Below are positions 34,039 to 42,528 of a stretch of DNA of 64,000 nt, one piece after another. A program made the translations under genes and the position numbers. The stretch covers positions 5,163 to 69,162 of the forward strand of contig CAWJWO010000010.1 of the NCBI GenBank assembly GCA_963846585.1. The letters are read 5' to 3'. Below the pieces are notes generated by a model. That model ran no database searches, had not been told where the DNA came from, and saw nothing but the letters and a program-made list of their open reading frames with translations. Numbering within the stretch: position 1 is the stretch's first letter; every line of letters begins with the position of its first letter. The stretch is from an uncultured Bacteroidota bacterium. GTDB lineage: Bacteria; Bacteroidota; Bacteroidia; Bacteroidales; JAAUTT01.

Positions 34039-36816
34039 ATGTCCAAGATAATTAAAATTTTGTTTTCTTTCCGTCTTATGGCTTTATTGCTTAGTGTTTT
34101 TGCAATTTCAATTGCTATTGCCACTATAATAGAAAGCAAATATGATACTTCAACTGCCAGGGCAATGGTATATAATTCCCTGTGGTTTGAATTAGTTTTA
34201 CTTTTTGCATTTATAAATCTTTGTGGTATTATATTTTCAACAAGGATGCACGATAAAAAAAAGTTACCTGTTTTTATTTTTCACCTGGCATTGTTGTTGA
34301 TTCTTGTTGGCGCAGCAACTACAAGATTTTTCGGGAAAGATGGTTATATGCACATACGTGAGGGTGAATCGTCCAATAAAATTATTACCAACGATGTTTT
34401 CTTTTGTGCCACAGCCAGGCATAATGGCCAGGAAGCATATACTGATAAACTTGTTTATTTTTCAACCCCGGGGAATAATTGCCATAAGCTTAAGTTAACG
34501 CCTGCAGGTCAGAAAGTACTGATTGAGTTCCTTGAGTATATTCCAAATAATATGCATTCCGGCTCTATGAGTAAAACAGAAAGCGTTATACCTGGGGAAA
34601 TCTCTGATTCAGTACTTTTAAGAATTATTGCAGGTGGCGAGACAAAAACGATTTGGTACCATGCTCAACCCGAAGGTTTAAACAAGCCGCAATTAATAAA
34701 AGTTGCAAAAACTGAAATTGTTGTTTCAATAGGAGCCAAAATTATTGAATTGCCATTTTCCTTACAATTAAAAAAATTTATTCTTGAACATTATCCTGGG
34801 ACAGAAAGCCCGTCATGGTTTGAAAGTAAGGTTTTATTGATTGATAAATTAAATAGTATAAAAGAAGATCACCGCATTTATATGAATAATATTCTTACAT
34901 ATAATGGTTATAGATTTTTTCAATCATCTTATGATTCGGATGAACATGGAACAATACTGTCAGTAAACTATGATTATTGGGGAACACTTATTTCCTATGC
35001 AGGTTACTTTCTACTCTTAATTGGCATTTTGTTAAGTTTCATCAACCCTGGCAGCCGTTTGCGTGTACTATACAGGGAAATAGGGTCGAATAAAGCCGCA
35101 AAAGTTATATCGATAGCATTATTAATAACAATAATGTGTTTTGGAAGTACAATTAATATTAAAGCTGATAATAAATTATCCGACAGTACTGCTATTGACA
35201 GGACCCAGGCTGCTAATTTCGGAGAATTGCTGGTTCAGGATCATGGTGGAAGGATTAAACCTGTTAATTCTTTAAGTTCGGAATTAATCAGAAAAGTCAC
35301 CTATTCAAATTCATTTACAGGTTTATCAAACGATCAGGTTTTGCTTGGTATGATGGCGTTTCCTGAATATTGGCAGCGGATACCTATGATAAGGGTATCG
35401 GATTTTGAGATTAAAAAAATCCTTCATATTTCTGATAATTATGTTTCATTTTTGGATGTACTAAATATTACTCAAAATACACAAGAGTATTTGCTTGAAC
35501 CATATGTGAATATTGCTTATCAGAAACAACCTGCCAGACGTACTAAATTCGATAATGATATAATAAAGGTTGATGAACGGATAAACCTTTGCTATCAGAT
35601 TTATACAGGTGAGTTATTACATATTTTCCCAAAGAAAAATGATCCGCAAAAAAAATGGTATACTCCTGTAAATGCTGCATCTTCATTTCAAGGCAGCGAT
35701 TCAGTATTTACAACTATAATCCTGCCAATGTATTTGCGTTCAGTTAAAGATGCCGTAAAATCAAAGAATTGGGTAAAATCAGATGAGGTTCTGGTTATTC
35801 TTAAAGATTATCAAAAGAAATACGGTTATGATATTATTCCTTCTGAAACTAAAATTAAACTTGAAATAATTTACAACCGGCTGGATATTTTCCAGCGACT
35901 GAGTGCTTTTTATGGATTAGCCGGATTTATATTGCTTATTTTCGGTTTTATGACAGTTTTTTTACAAAAGCTGAAGCTGAAGTTAATTGTTAAGGTATCA
36001 GTTATTCTTTTAATATTATGTTTCATTGTACAGGGTGCTGGGTTAATAGTCAGATGGTATATTTCAGGTCATGCACCCTGGAGCAATGCATACGAATCAA
36101 TGGTATATATCTCATTTGCTACTGTATTTGCCGGCATTCTGTTTTCAAAGAAATCGGTTATAATATTGGCAGCAGCGGCAATACTTGCCTCATTAATTTT
36201 ATTTGTAGCCCATCTCAACTGGATGGATCCTGAAATCACAAACCTTGTACCAGTGCTAAAATCATACTGGCTATTGATTCATGTGGCCGTTATTACGGCG
36301 AGTTATGGATTTTTAGGACTGGGGGCACTGCTTGCTTTGATCAATTTAGTAATTATGATTTTCAGGAATAAAACAAATGGAGTCAAAACGTCGGAAATTA
36401 TCAATAAGCTCACATTAATTATTGAAATTATTCTGATCATTGGCCTGTATATGCTCACCATCGGGACTTTCCTGGGAGGTGTTTGGGCAAACGAGTCGTG
36501 GGGGCATTACTGGAGTTGGGATCCAAAGGAAACCTGGGCACTGGTATCTATTCTTGTGTATGCAATTATAGCCCATATGCGTTTAATACCTGGATTAAAA
36601 GGAATTTTCACTTTTAACATGTCAGCTTTATTGGGTTTTAGTTCGGTAATTATGACATATTTTGGTGTTAATTATTACCTTACAGGACTTCATTCCTATG
36701 CAAAAGGAGATCCCGCACCAATTCCGTCATCGGTTTATTATACTCTTATTATTGTTGCTTCCATATGTTTTATGGCATGGTGGAAACAAAATAAATTTGA
36801 AAATTTGAAAAAATGA
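34039..36816 (+). CDS. ccsBA: Fused system II cytochrome c biogenesis protein CcsB(ResB)-CcsA
   Basis: ResB-like N-terminal half with a large periplasmic region. The C-terminal CcsA half carries the WWD motif WGHYWSWDPKETWA and conserved His residues. Confidence 0.85.
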   Translation: MSKIIKILFSFRLMALLLSVFAISIAIATIIESKYDTSTARAMVYNSLWFELVLLFAFINLCGIIFSTRMHDKKKLPVFIFHLALLLILVGAATTRFFGKDGYMHIREGESSNKIITNDVFFCATARHNGQEAYTDKLVYFSTPGNNCHKLKLTPAGQKVLIEFLEYIPNNMHSGSMSKTESVIPGEISDSVLLRIIAGGETKTIWYHAQPEGLNKPQLIKVAKTEIVVSIGAKIIELPFSLQLKKFILEHYPGTESPSWFESKVLLIDKLNSIKEDHRIYMNNILTYNGYRFFQSSYDSDEHGTILSVNYDYWGTLISYAGYFLLLIGILLSFINPGSRLRVLYREIGSNKAAKVISIALLITIMCFGSTINIKADNKLSDSTAIDRTQAANFGELLVQDHGGRIKPVNSLSSELIRKVTYSNSFTGLSNDQVLLGMMAFPEYWQRIPMIRVSDFEIKKILHISDNYVSFLDVLNITQNTQEYLLEPYVNIAYQKQPARRTKFDNDIIKVDERINLCYQIYTGELLHIFPKKNDPQKKWYTPVNAASSFQGSDSVFTTIILPMYLRSVKDAVKSKNWVKSDEVLVILKDYQKKYGYDIIPSETKIKLEIIYNRLDIFQRLSAFYGLAGFILLIFGFMTVFLQKLKLKLIVKVSVILLILCFIVQGAGLIVRWYISGHAPWSNAYESMVYISFATVFAGILFSKKSVIILAAAAILASLILFVAHLNWMDPEITNLVPVLKSYWLLIHVAVITASYGFLGLGALLALINLVIMIFRNKTNGVKTSEIINKLTLIIEIILIIGLYMLTIGTFLGGVWANESWGHYWSWDPKETWALVSILVYAIIAHMRLIPGLKGIFTFNMSALLGFSSVIMTYFGVNYYLTGLHSYAKGDPAPIPSSVYYTLIIVASICFMAWWKQNKFENLKK

Positions 36817-38093
36817 AAATACTTTATTACGATTGCTTTTCAGGAATCAGTGGTGATATGAACCTTGGTGCAATGGTCGATTTAGGAGTAGATCCATCCT
36901 TTTTAACTGAGGAATTAAAAAAATTAAATTTACAGGGGTATACTATTTCTTTTAAAATTGACAAACGAAAAGGAATTACCGGCACCAGAGCGGATATAGT
37001 TATTAATGAGACAATCCCGCCAACAATAAATTCAGGTACCAACACAATAACAGAACATTCACATTCGCACGATCAGGCACATTCTCACGCGCACAACCAC
37101 ATTCATTTACATCATCCTGTTCAACAACCTGAACGAAATTTTTTTTCCATTAAGGATTTAATCGAAAAGAGTACTTTAAGCGATGAAGTTAAATTGATGA
37201 GTATTGAAATTTTTAAAAAAATTGCTATCGCTGAGGCACATGTTCACGGGAAAACATTGGAAGAAATCCATTTTCATGAAGTCGGTGCACTTGATTCAAT
37301 TATTGATATAGTAGGTGCAGCAATATGCTATAATTACTTAAAACCTGATAAAGTGGTTTCTTCTCCGGTTGAAATGGGAGGAGGTACGGTTAAGTGTGCT
37401 CATGGAATATTTCCGGTACCTGCACCTGCATCCCTGGAGATATTAAAAGGCAAGCCAATCCGCATTGGGGCGGTACCAGTTGAAGCTACCACACCCACAG
37501 GTGCTGCAATTATATCAACATTTGCAGATGATTTTATTGAAAAGATTGATTTTAAAATAATTAAAATAGGTTATGGCATAGGGTACCGTGATAATGAAAT
37601 TCCGAACGTATTAAGGGTATGTTATGCAGAATTAATTGGCAAAGATAACGAAGAACAAGCTGCCATGATAGAATGTAACATCGATGACATGAACCCTGAA
37701 ATTTATGAATATGTAATGGAAAGGCTCTTTAATGCAGGGGCTGATGATGTATTCTTTCAACCTATTGTTATGAAAAAAACAAGACCGGCAACAAAAATAA
37801 GTGTTCTCTGCAAGCAATCAGTGAGCCAACAAATAAAAAATATTCTATTCACTGAAACTTCAACACTGGGTTTAAGGGAGTACCTTGTTCACAAAACGAG
37901 CCTGCAACGTAACCGGAAAATTATTGAAACACGTTGGGGGAAAGTAAATATTAAGCAGGGAATATTTAATGATAAAGTAATAAAATCTAAACCTGAATAT
38001 GAGGATTGTTTAAAAATATCACTTGAAAATAATATTCCTTTGAATGATGTTTATAATGAAGTTTTTAAAATTAACAATCAATTAAACAATTAA
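36813..38093 (+). CDS. larC: Nickel-pincer cofactor nickel insertase LarC (DUF111)
   Basis: N-terminus MKILYYDCFSGISGDMNLGAMVDLGV, a His-rich tract HSHSHDQAHSHAHNHIHLHH, and FHEVGALDSIIDIVG. Its start overlaps the ccsBA stop (ATGA). Confidence 0.9.
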   Translation: MKILYYDCFSGISGDMNLGAMVDLGVDPSFLTEELKKLNLQGYTISFKIDKRKGITGTRADIVINETIPPTINSGTNTITEHSHSHDQAHSHAHNHIHLHHPVQQPERNFFSIKDLIEKSTLSDEVKLMSIEIFKKIAIAEAHVHGKTLEEIHFHEVGALDSIIDIVGAAICYNYLKPDKVVSSPVEMGGGTVKCAHGIFPVPAPASLEILKGKPIRIGAVPVEATTPTGAAIISTFADDFIEKIDFKIIKIGYGIGYRDNEIPNVLRVCYAELIGKDNEEQAAMIECNIDDMNPEIYEYVMERLFNAGADDVFFQPIVMKKTRPATKISVLCKQSVSQQIKNILFTETSTLGLREYLVHKTSLQRNRKIIETRWGKVNIKQGIFNDKVIKSKPEYEDCLKISLENNIPLNDVYNEVFKINNQLNN

Positions 38094-38153
38094 TTATCTT
38101 TAATCCTATAAATCTTAATTTAATCCTAAAAATCCTAATTAAATCCTAATTTA

Positions 38154-38900
38154 ATGTTGCCGGAAGATATTAGAAAAATATTAGAAAATGTTAAGGCTGG
38201 GTCATTAACAATAGACAAAGCATTCAGCCAGTTACGTGATCTTCCATTTGAAGATGTTGGATTTGCTAAAATTGATCATCACCGGCAATTGCGTACCGGG
38301 TATCCTGAAGTGATCTATTGTCCCGGAAAAACTATTGATCAAATTATCCGAATTATTGAAATGATTCAAAAAAAGGGTAACAATATCCTGGCTACCAGAG
38401 CATCCGATGAGATATATCATAGGGTGGCTGAAATATTTTTTACAGCGGAATACAATCCGGTTGCCAGGGCCATTGTTATTAAACAGAAAGAAATACCAAC
38501 TCCCGATACATATATATGCATTGTCACAGCCGGTACTGCCGACATACCTGTGGCTGAAGAAGCATGTGTAACCGCCGAAATTTTCGGCAATAGGGTGGAA
38601 CGTGTTTATGATGTCGGTATAGCCGGTATACATCGCCTGTATAATAACCTGGATATTATAGGAAATGCCAGGGTTATAGTTGGCATTGCAGGTATGGAAG
38701 GTGCTTTGCCTGGTGTCCTGGGCGGATTGGTTGACAAACCAATTATCGCAGTACCCACCAGCGTGGGATATGGTGCTAATTTTCATGGCCTGTCTTCACT
38801 ATTGACCATGTTAAATACATGTGCTTCAGGAGTAAGTGTTGTAAATATAGACAACGGATTTGGAGCCGGATATCTGGCAAGTATGATAAATAAAATTTAA
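38154..38900 (+). CDS. larB: Nickel-pincer cofactor biosynthesis protein LarB (PurE-like carboxylase/hydrolase)
   Basis: AKIDHHRQLRTGYPEVIY, then a PurE-like core IVTAGTADIPVAEEA...IAGMEGALPGVLGGL. Confidence 0.88.
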   Translation: MLPEDIRKILENVKAGSLTIDKAFSQLRDLPFEDVGFAKIDHHRQLRTGYPEVIYCPGKTIDQIIRIIEMIQKKGNNILATRASDEIYHRVAEIFFTAEYNPVARAIVIKQKEIPTPDTYICIVTAGTADIPVAEEACVTAEIFGNRVERVYDVGIAGIHRLYNNLDIIGNARVIVGIAGMEGALPGVLGGLVDKPIIAVPTSVGYGANFHGLSSLLTMLNTCASGVSVVNIDNGFGAGYLASMINKI

Positions 38901-38929
38901 ACAAAAGGTGCCCAGAAATAAAACAGACT

Positions 38930-39604
38930 ATGCATATTCCGGATGGATATTTAAGCCCTCAAACCTACGTGCCTTTATATATTGTCTTCATTGTATTTAT
39001 TGGTAAGGCTATTAAAAAAGTTAAAAAGAAACTTACTACAAAAACAATCCCTTTCCTGGGAATGTCGGCAGCTTTTTCTTTTCTCATAATGATGATTAAC
39101 ATTCCTATACCTGGGGGTACTACCGGCCATGCCGTAGGTTCTGCACTAATCGCCTTACTCTTTGGCCCTTGGGTGGCAATTGTTTCTGTTTCAGTTGCTT
39201 TAATAATACAGGCTTTTGTCTTTGGTGATGGTGGTATTACAGCTATTGGTGCCAATTGTTTTAATATGGCAATTGTGATGCCTTTTATTGCGTATGGTGT
39301 TTTTAAACTAATAAATAATAATTCGGTTAACCAGAAGCGAATGAATATTGCAGCTTTCTTTGCCGGATATATTAGTATATGTTTTGCTGCATTAATCACT
39401 GCATGTGAAATTGGAATTCAGCCTATGGTTGCATCCTTGTCTGACGGAACACCACTATATGCACCCTATCCTCTTAAAATTGCAATTCCTGCCATGGTTT
39501 TGGAACATCTGGTGCTTTTTGGCATTGTTGAAGGTTTAATCACAGCATTAGTTTTCAGGTATTTTTATAATTCCCATAAAGAGGTCATTGAAGTTTTAGG
39601 ATAG
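38930..39604 (+). CDS. cbiM: ECF-type Ni/Co transporter substrate-capture component CbiM/NikM
   Basis: The N-terminus MHIPDGYLSP is diagnostic. Has six TM helices and is followed by N-, Q- and O-type components. Confidence 0.9.
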   Translation: MHIPDGYLSPQTYVPLYIVFIVFIGKAIKKVKKKLTTKTIPFLGMSAAFSFLIMMINIPIPGGTTGHAVGSALIALLFGPWVAIVSVSVALIIQAFVFGDGGITAIGANCFNMAIVMPFIAYGVFKLINNNSVNQKRMNIAAFFAGYISICFAALITACEIGIQPMVASLSDGTPLYAPYPLKIAIPAMVLEHLVLFGIVEGLITALVFRYFYNSHKEVIEVLG

Positions 39605-39607
39605 ACA

Positions 39608-39940
39608 ATGAACAAATTAAAAAAAAATATAGGAATAGGTTTATTGGTATTAGCACTTATATCTCCAATTGGCATACTCCTGCCAAAATGGCTCCATGCA
39701 GGCGATGCATGGGGAGAGTGGCCAACCGGCAAAGTAAAAAAGGATATTGGATATGTACCAAAAGGAATGAAAAAAAATGCCGGAATATGGAAAGCACCAA
39801 TGCCAGATTATAGCAATGGGAAAGAAAATAATTCACTACTTTCAGGGTCTGCATATTACCTTCTTTCAGGTTTTGCCGGTGCAGGAATAATCTCGCTGGC
39901 AACCTGGGGGCTGTTTAAAATTTATCAAAAACATGAATAA
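39608..39940 (+). CDS. Small CbiN/NikN-like (PDGLE-type) accessory membrane component
   Basis: 110 aa with TM helices at both ends and a GDAWGEWP segment. Positioned between cbiM and cbiQ. Confidence 0.5.
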   Translation: MNKLKKNIGIGLLVLALISPIGILLPKWLHAGDAWGEWPTGKVKKDIGYVPKGMKKNAGIWKAPMPDYSNGKENNSLLSGSAYYLLSGFAGAGIISLATWGLFKIYQKHE

Positions 39941-40859
39941 CGGGTTACCTTCCTTTTTACTTAAAAACGAAATTCGTTTAACAAAGCCCCACGTTAAGAA
40001 AAAGCATTCATTATCATTTATTGACCTTACTATCAAGTCAATTGCCAACATAATAAAAATCGTTTATATCCAAAGTGATACAGCAGGCAGAAAAGGATTT
40101 TTACAACAATTGGATGCCCGGGTAAAGGCTATTTTTTTATTTTTCTTTATCATAATAATCAGTTTGAACAGGCAGGTTTCATCACAGCTTTTAATTACAG
40201 CTTTCTTTTTTGTTTTGCTCGTCTTTTCAAACATAAACCTTGTTTTTGTCTATACAAAGGTGTTTGTTTTAAGTTTCTTTTTTGGATTTTTAATAATCGC
40301 TCCGGCAGCTTTAAATATTGTTAATAATGGTGAAATTATTGCAAAAATATTTCAATTTAAAAACAGCCATTCGTTTTGGATTTATCATGTTCCGGCAGTT
40401 ATTGGCATCACAAAGGAGGGATTTTGGGCAGTTCTGAGGTTTTATTTTAAAGTAGCCAATTCATTAACATTAACCCTCTTAATTATTTATACAACCCCAT
40501 TTAATGATATTATAAAGTCGTTGAAAATATTCCGCATCCCAAATATGTTGTTATTAGTGTTAACCCTGACCTACAAATTTATATTTATTCTATCACAAAC
40601 TACTGAGGAAACCTATTTTGCCATGAAATCGAGGTGGTGGATAAACACCGGAGAATCTCATGCCAACCGGATAATTGCAGGCAGAATTACCCACATTTTT
40701 CGTAAATCGTGGATTAAATATGAAGAAATATATAGGGCTATGTTGGCAAGAGGATATACAGGTACTGTCAGCGTTATTTATACAGGAAAAATAAAATGGC
40801 AGGACTTAACTTTTATGTTTTTTTTTCTTAGCATAGGTGTTCTATGCTATTTTATATAA
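39933..40859 (+). CDS. cbiQ: ECF transporter transmembrane (T) component CbiQ
   Basis: Multi-TM protein with the conserved ARG-type C-terminal motif region (AMKSRWW, MLARGY). Positioned before the ATPase. Confidence 0.75.
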   Translation: MNNGLPSFLLKNEIRLTKPHVKKKHSLSFIDLTIKSIANIIKIVYIQSDTAGRKGFLQQLDARVKAIFLFFFIIIISLNRQVSSQLLITAFFFVLLVFSNINLVFVYTKVFVLSFFFGFLIIAPAALNIVNNGEIIAKIFQFKNSHSFWIYHVPAVIGITKEGFWAVLRFYFKVANSLTLTLLIIYTTPFNDIIKSLKIFRIPNMLLLVLTLTYKFIFILSQTTEETYFAMKSRWWINTGESHANRIIAGRITHIFRKSWIKYEEIYRAMLARGYTGTVSVIYTGKIKWQDLTFMFFFLSIGVLCYFI

Positions 40860-40863
40860 ACGT

Positions 40864-41676
40864 ATGGAAGATATTATTAAGTTTGAAAATATTAACTATA
40901 GTTATATTCATAGACATTGCGCTCTTTGTGATGTCAATTTTACAGTGAAGCAGGGAGAAATTTTATCAATTATCGGGTCAAACGGTTCAGGTAAATCAAC
41001 CTTGTTACATCTCATGAGTGGCCTTTTGTTTCCCGATAGTGGCAAAATATATTTCAAGGGAGATTCTATCACAGAAGATTCCCTGAAAAAACAATCCTTT
41101 AACAGCTATTTTAGAGAAAGTATCGGCTACGTGTTTCAGAATTCTGATAATCAATTGTTTTGTCCAACAGTACTGGATGAGTTGATTTTTGCACCTTTAC
41201 AAATGGGTATTCGTAACGATATGGCTTTTGAACGGGCCGAATCTGTCATGAAAATGTTAAACATTGAAAATCTAAGTGATCGACCTACATACATGCTTTC
41301 AGGAGGTGAAAAAAAAAGAGTCGCCATTGGGTCTATACTTACAATTAATCCGGAGGTATTATTGTTTGATGAGCCAGTTAGCGGGCTCGATCCGAAAAAC
41401 CGGGCATTTTTAATTGAACTTATTTTTCAATTGAACGAAACCGGTAAAACGATTATTATCACAACTCATCACCTCGAACTGGTTGACCATTTTCAGTCGC
41501 GTGTCGCCGTGCTTTCCGAGCAACATCATATTGAAAAAATCGGTAATGCTGAGGAAATTCTAACCAATACAGATTTGCTAATCAAAACAAACCTTATACA
41601 CGAACAATTGCACCGTCATGGTAATATAAGCCATAAGCACCTGCCTGCCAATTTTTTATTTCATAAGCATGAATGA
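40864..41676 (+). CDS. cbiO: ECF transporter ATPase CbiO
   Basis: Walker A GSNGSGKST, signature LSGGEKKRVAIG, Walker B LLFDEPVSGLD. I prefer the ATG at 40864 (MEDIIKF); the ORF track's upstream ATG at 40837 would overlap cbiQ. Confidence 0.88.
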   Translation: MEDIIKFENINYSYIHRHCALCDVNFTVKQGEILSIIGSNGSGKSTLLHLMSGLLFPDSGKIYFKGDSITEDSLKKQSFNSYFRESIGYVFQNSDNQLFCPTVLDELIFAPLQMGIRNDMAFERAESVMKMLNIENLSDRPTYMLSGGEKKRVAIGSILTINPEVLLFDEPVSGLDPKNRAFLIELIFQLNETGKTIIITTHHLELVDHFQSRVAVLSEQHHIEKIGNAEEILTNTDLLIKTNLIHEQLHRHGNISHKHLPANFLFHKHE

Positions 41677-41815
41677 TTTTGTAGTTAATTAACCTTAGTT
41701 TGATTTAAATAATCAGATTTTTATACTGTAATTTATTTAACCCCAACCCCTTAAAAAGCATAGCCGTCAGGTTAACGCTTGTAAAATGCTTATATACAAT
41801 TATAATACTTTATTT

Positions 41816-41958
41816 GAGATTTCTCGCTTCGCTCGAAATGACTGTCGTTATTGGTCAGAGAGCGGGAGGTGAAGAGAGTGCGGGTTTGCCGCACTCTCTT
41901 CACCTCCCGCAACGCCAGAATTCTGCTGGTCGTCATTCCGACCGCAGGGAGGAATCTC
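41816..41958. repeat. Nested palindromic module inside cassette copy B
   Basis: Same architecture as 7665-7807. The central hairpin at 41862-41910 has a 22-bp stem and loop GTTTG. Confidence 0.8.
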
Positions 41959-42336
41959 TTTAATTGGTTGTAATTCATTGACTATGTCCGAAACATGTTG
42001 AGAAAATGATTTATTATTCCGAACAAAGCCACGCTCTGTTGCCAGCACTTTCCATTCGGGGTTCTTTTTGTTTATATTGAGTTTTCTCGCGTCGCTCGAA
42101 ATAAACTTTTGACGGTTCCACTTTTTTAATTCTTTTTCTCTTTGTATTGCCAAATCAAAATATTGAAATTCTTCGTGATAAATACAGTATTCAATATTGT
42201 ACTTATCTGTAAAAGTGTCATTTATCAAATGATTTTTATGCTCATGTATTCTTCTGCATAAATTGTTTGTAACCCCAATATATAAAGTTGTTTTGTTCTT
42301 ATTGGTCATAATATATACAAATCCAGTCGTTGACAT
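41848..42336 (-). CDS. GIY-YIG nuclease family protein, second copy
   Basis: 162 aa, differing from the 7287-7775 product at seven positions (N17T, Y54H, E61D, K87N, V98A, C139S, L150N). Confidence 0.8.
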   Translation of the reverse strand: MSTTGFVYIMTNKNKTTLYIGVTNNLCRRIHEHKNHLINDTFTDKYNIEYCIYHEEFQYFDLAIQREKELKKWNRQKFISSDARKLNINKKNPEWKVLATERGFVRNNKSFSQHVSDIVNELQPIKEIPPCGRNDDQQNSGVAGGEESAANPHSLHLPLSDQ

Positions 42337-42528
42337 ACGCTCTTAATTACACTAATATTTTATTACATTTACACTAAATATCTATCATTCTGCTCTATAT
42401 AGACATTAACCTGACGGCTATGCCTTAAAAAGGGGCTATAACTTTTATCCAATCAAAGTATTAGTTTACCTGGTAGCATTAGTCGGAATCAATTAATAAA
42501 AAATTTGACTTTTTAAATCGAACTTATG

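Larger units (their letters stand above)
41737..42443 (-). mobile_element. GIY-YIG nuclease cassette, copy B (inverted relative to copy A)
   Basis: Same 707-bp unit as 7180-7886 with no indels. TIR cores at 41759-41775 and 42406-42422. Outside the unit, the 5-mer TTTAT occurs on both flanks (41732-41736 and 42444-48). Confidence 0.6.

Noticed and set aside
38232-39399. Long antisense ORFs (184 aa and 144 aa) inside larB and cbiM
   Set aside because: They lie opposite well-supported genes with strong family motifs and have no recognisable motifs of their own. These are typical shadow ORFs.
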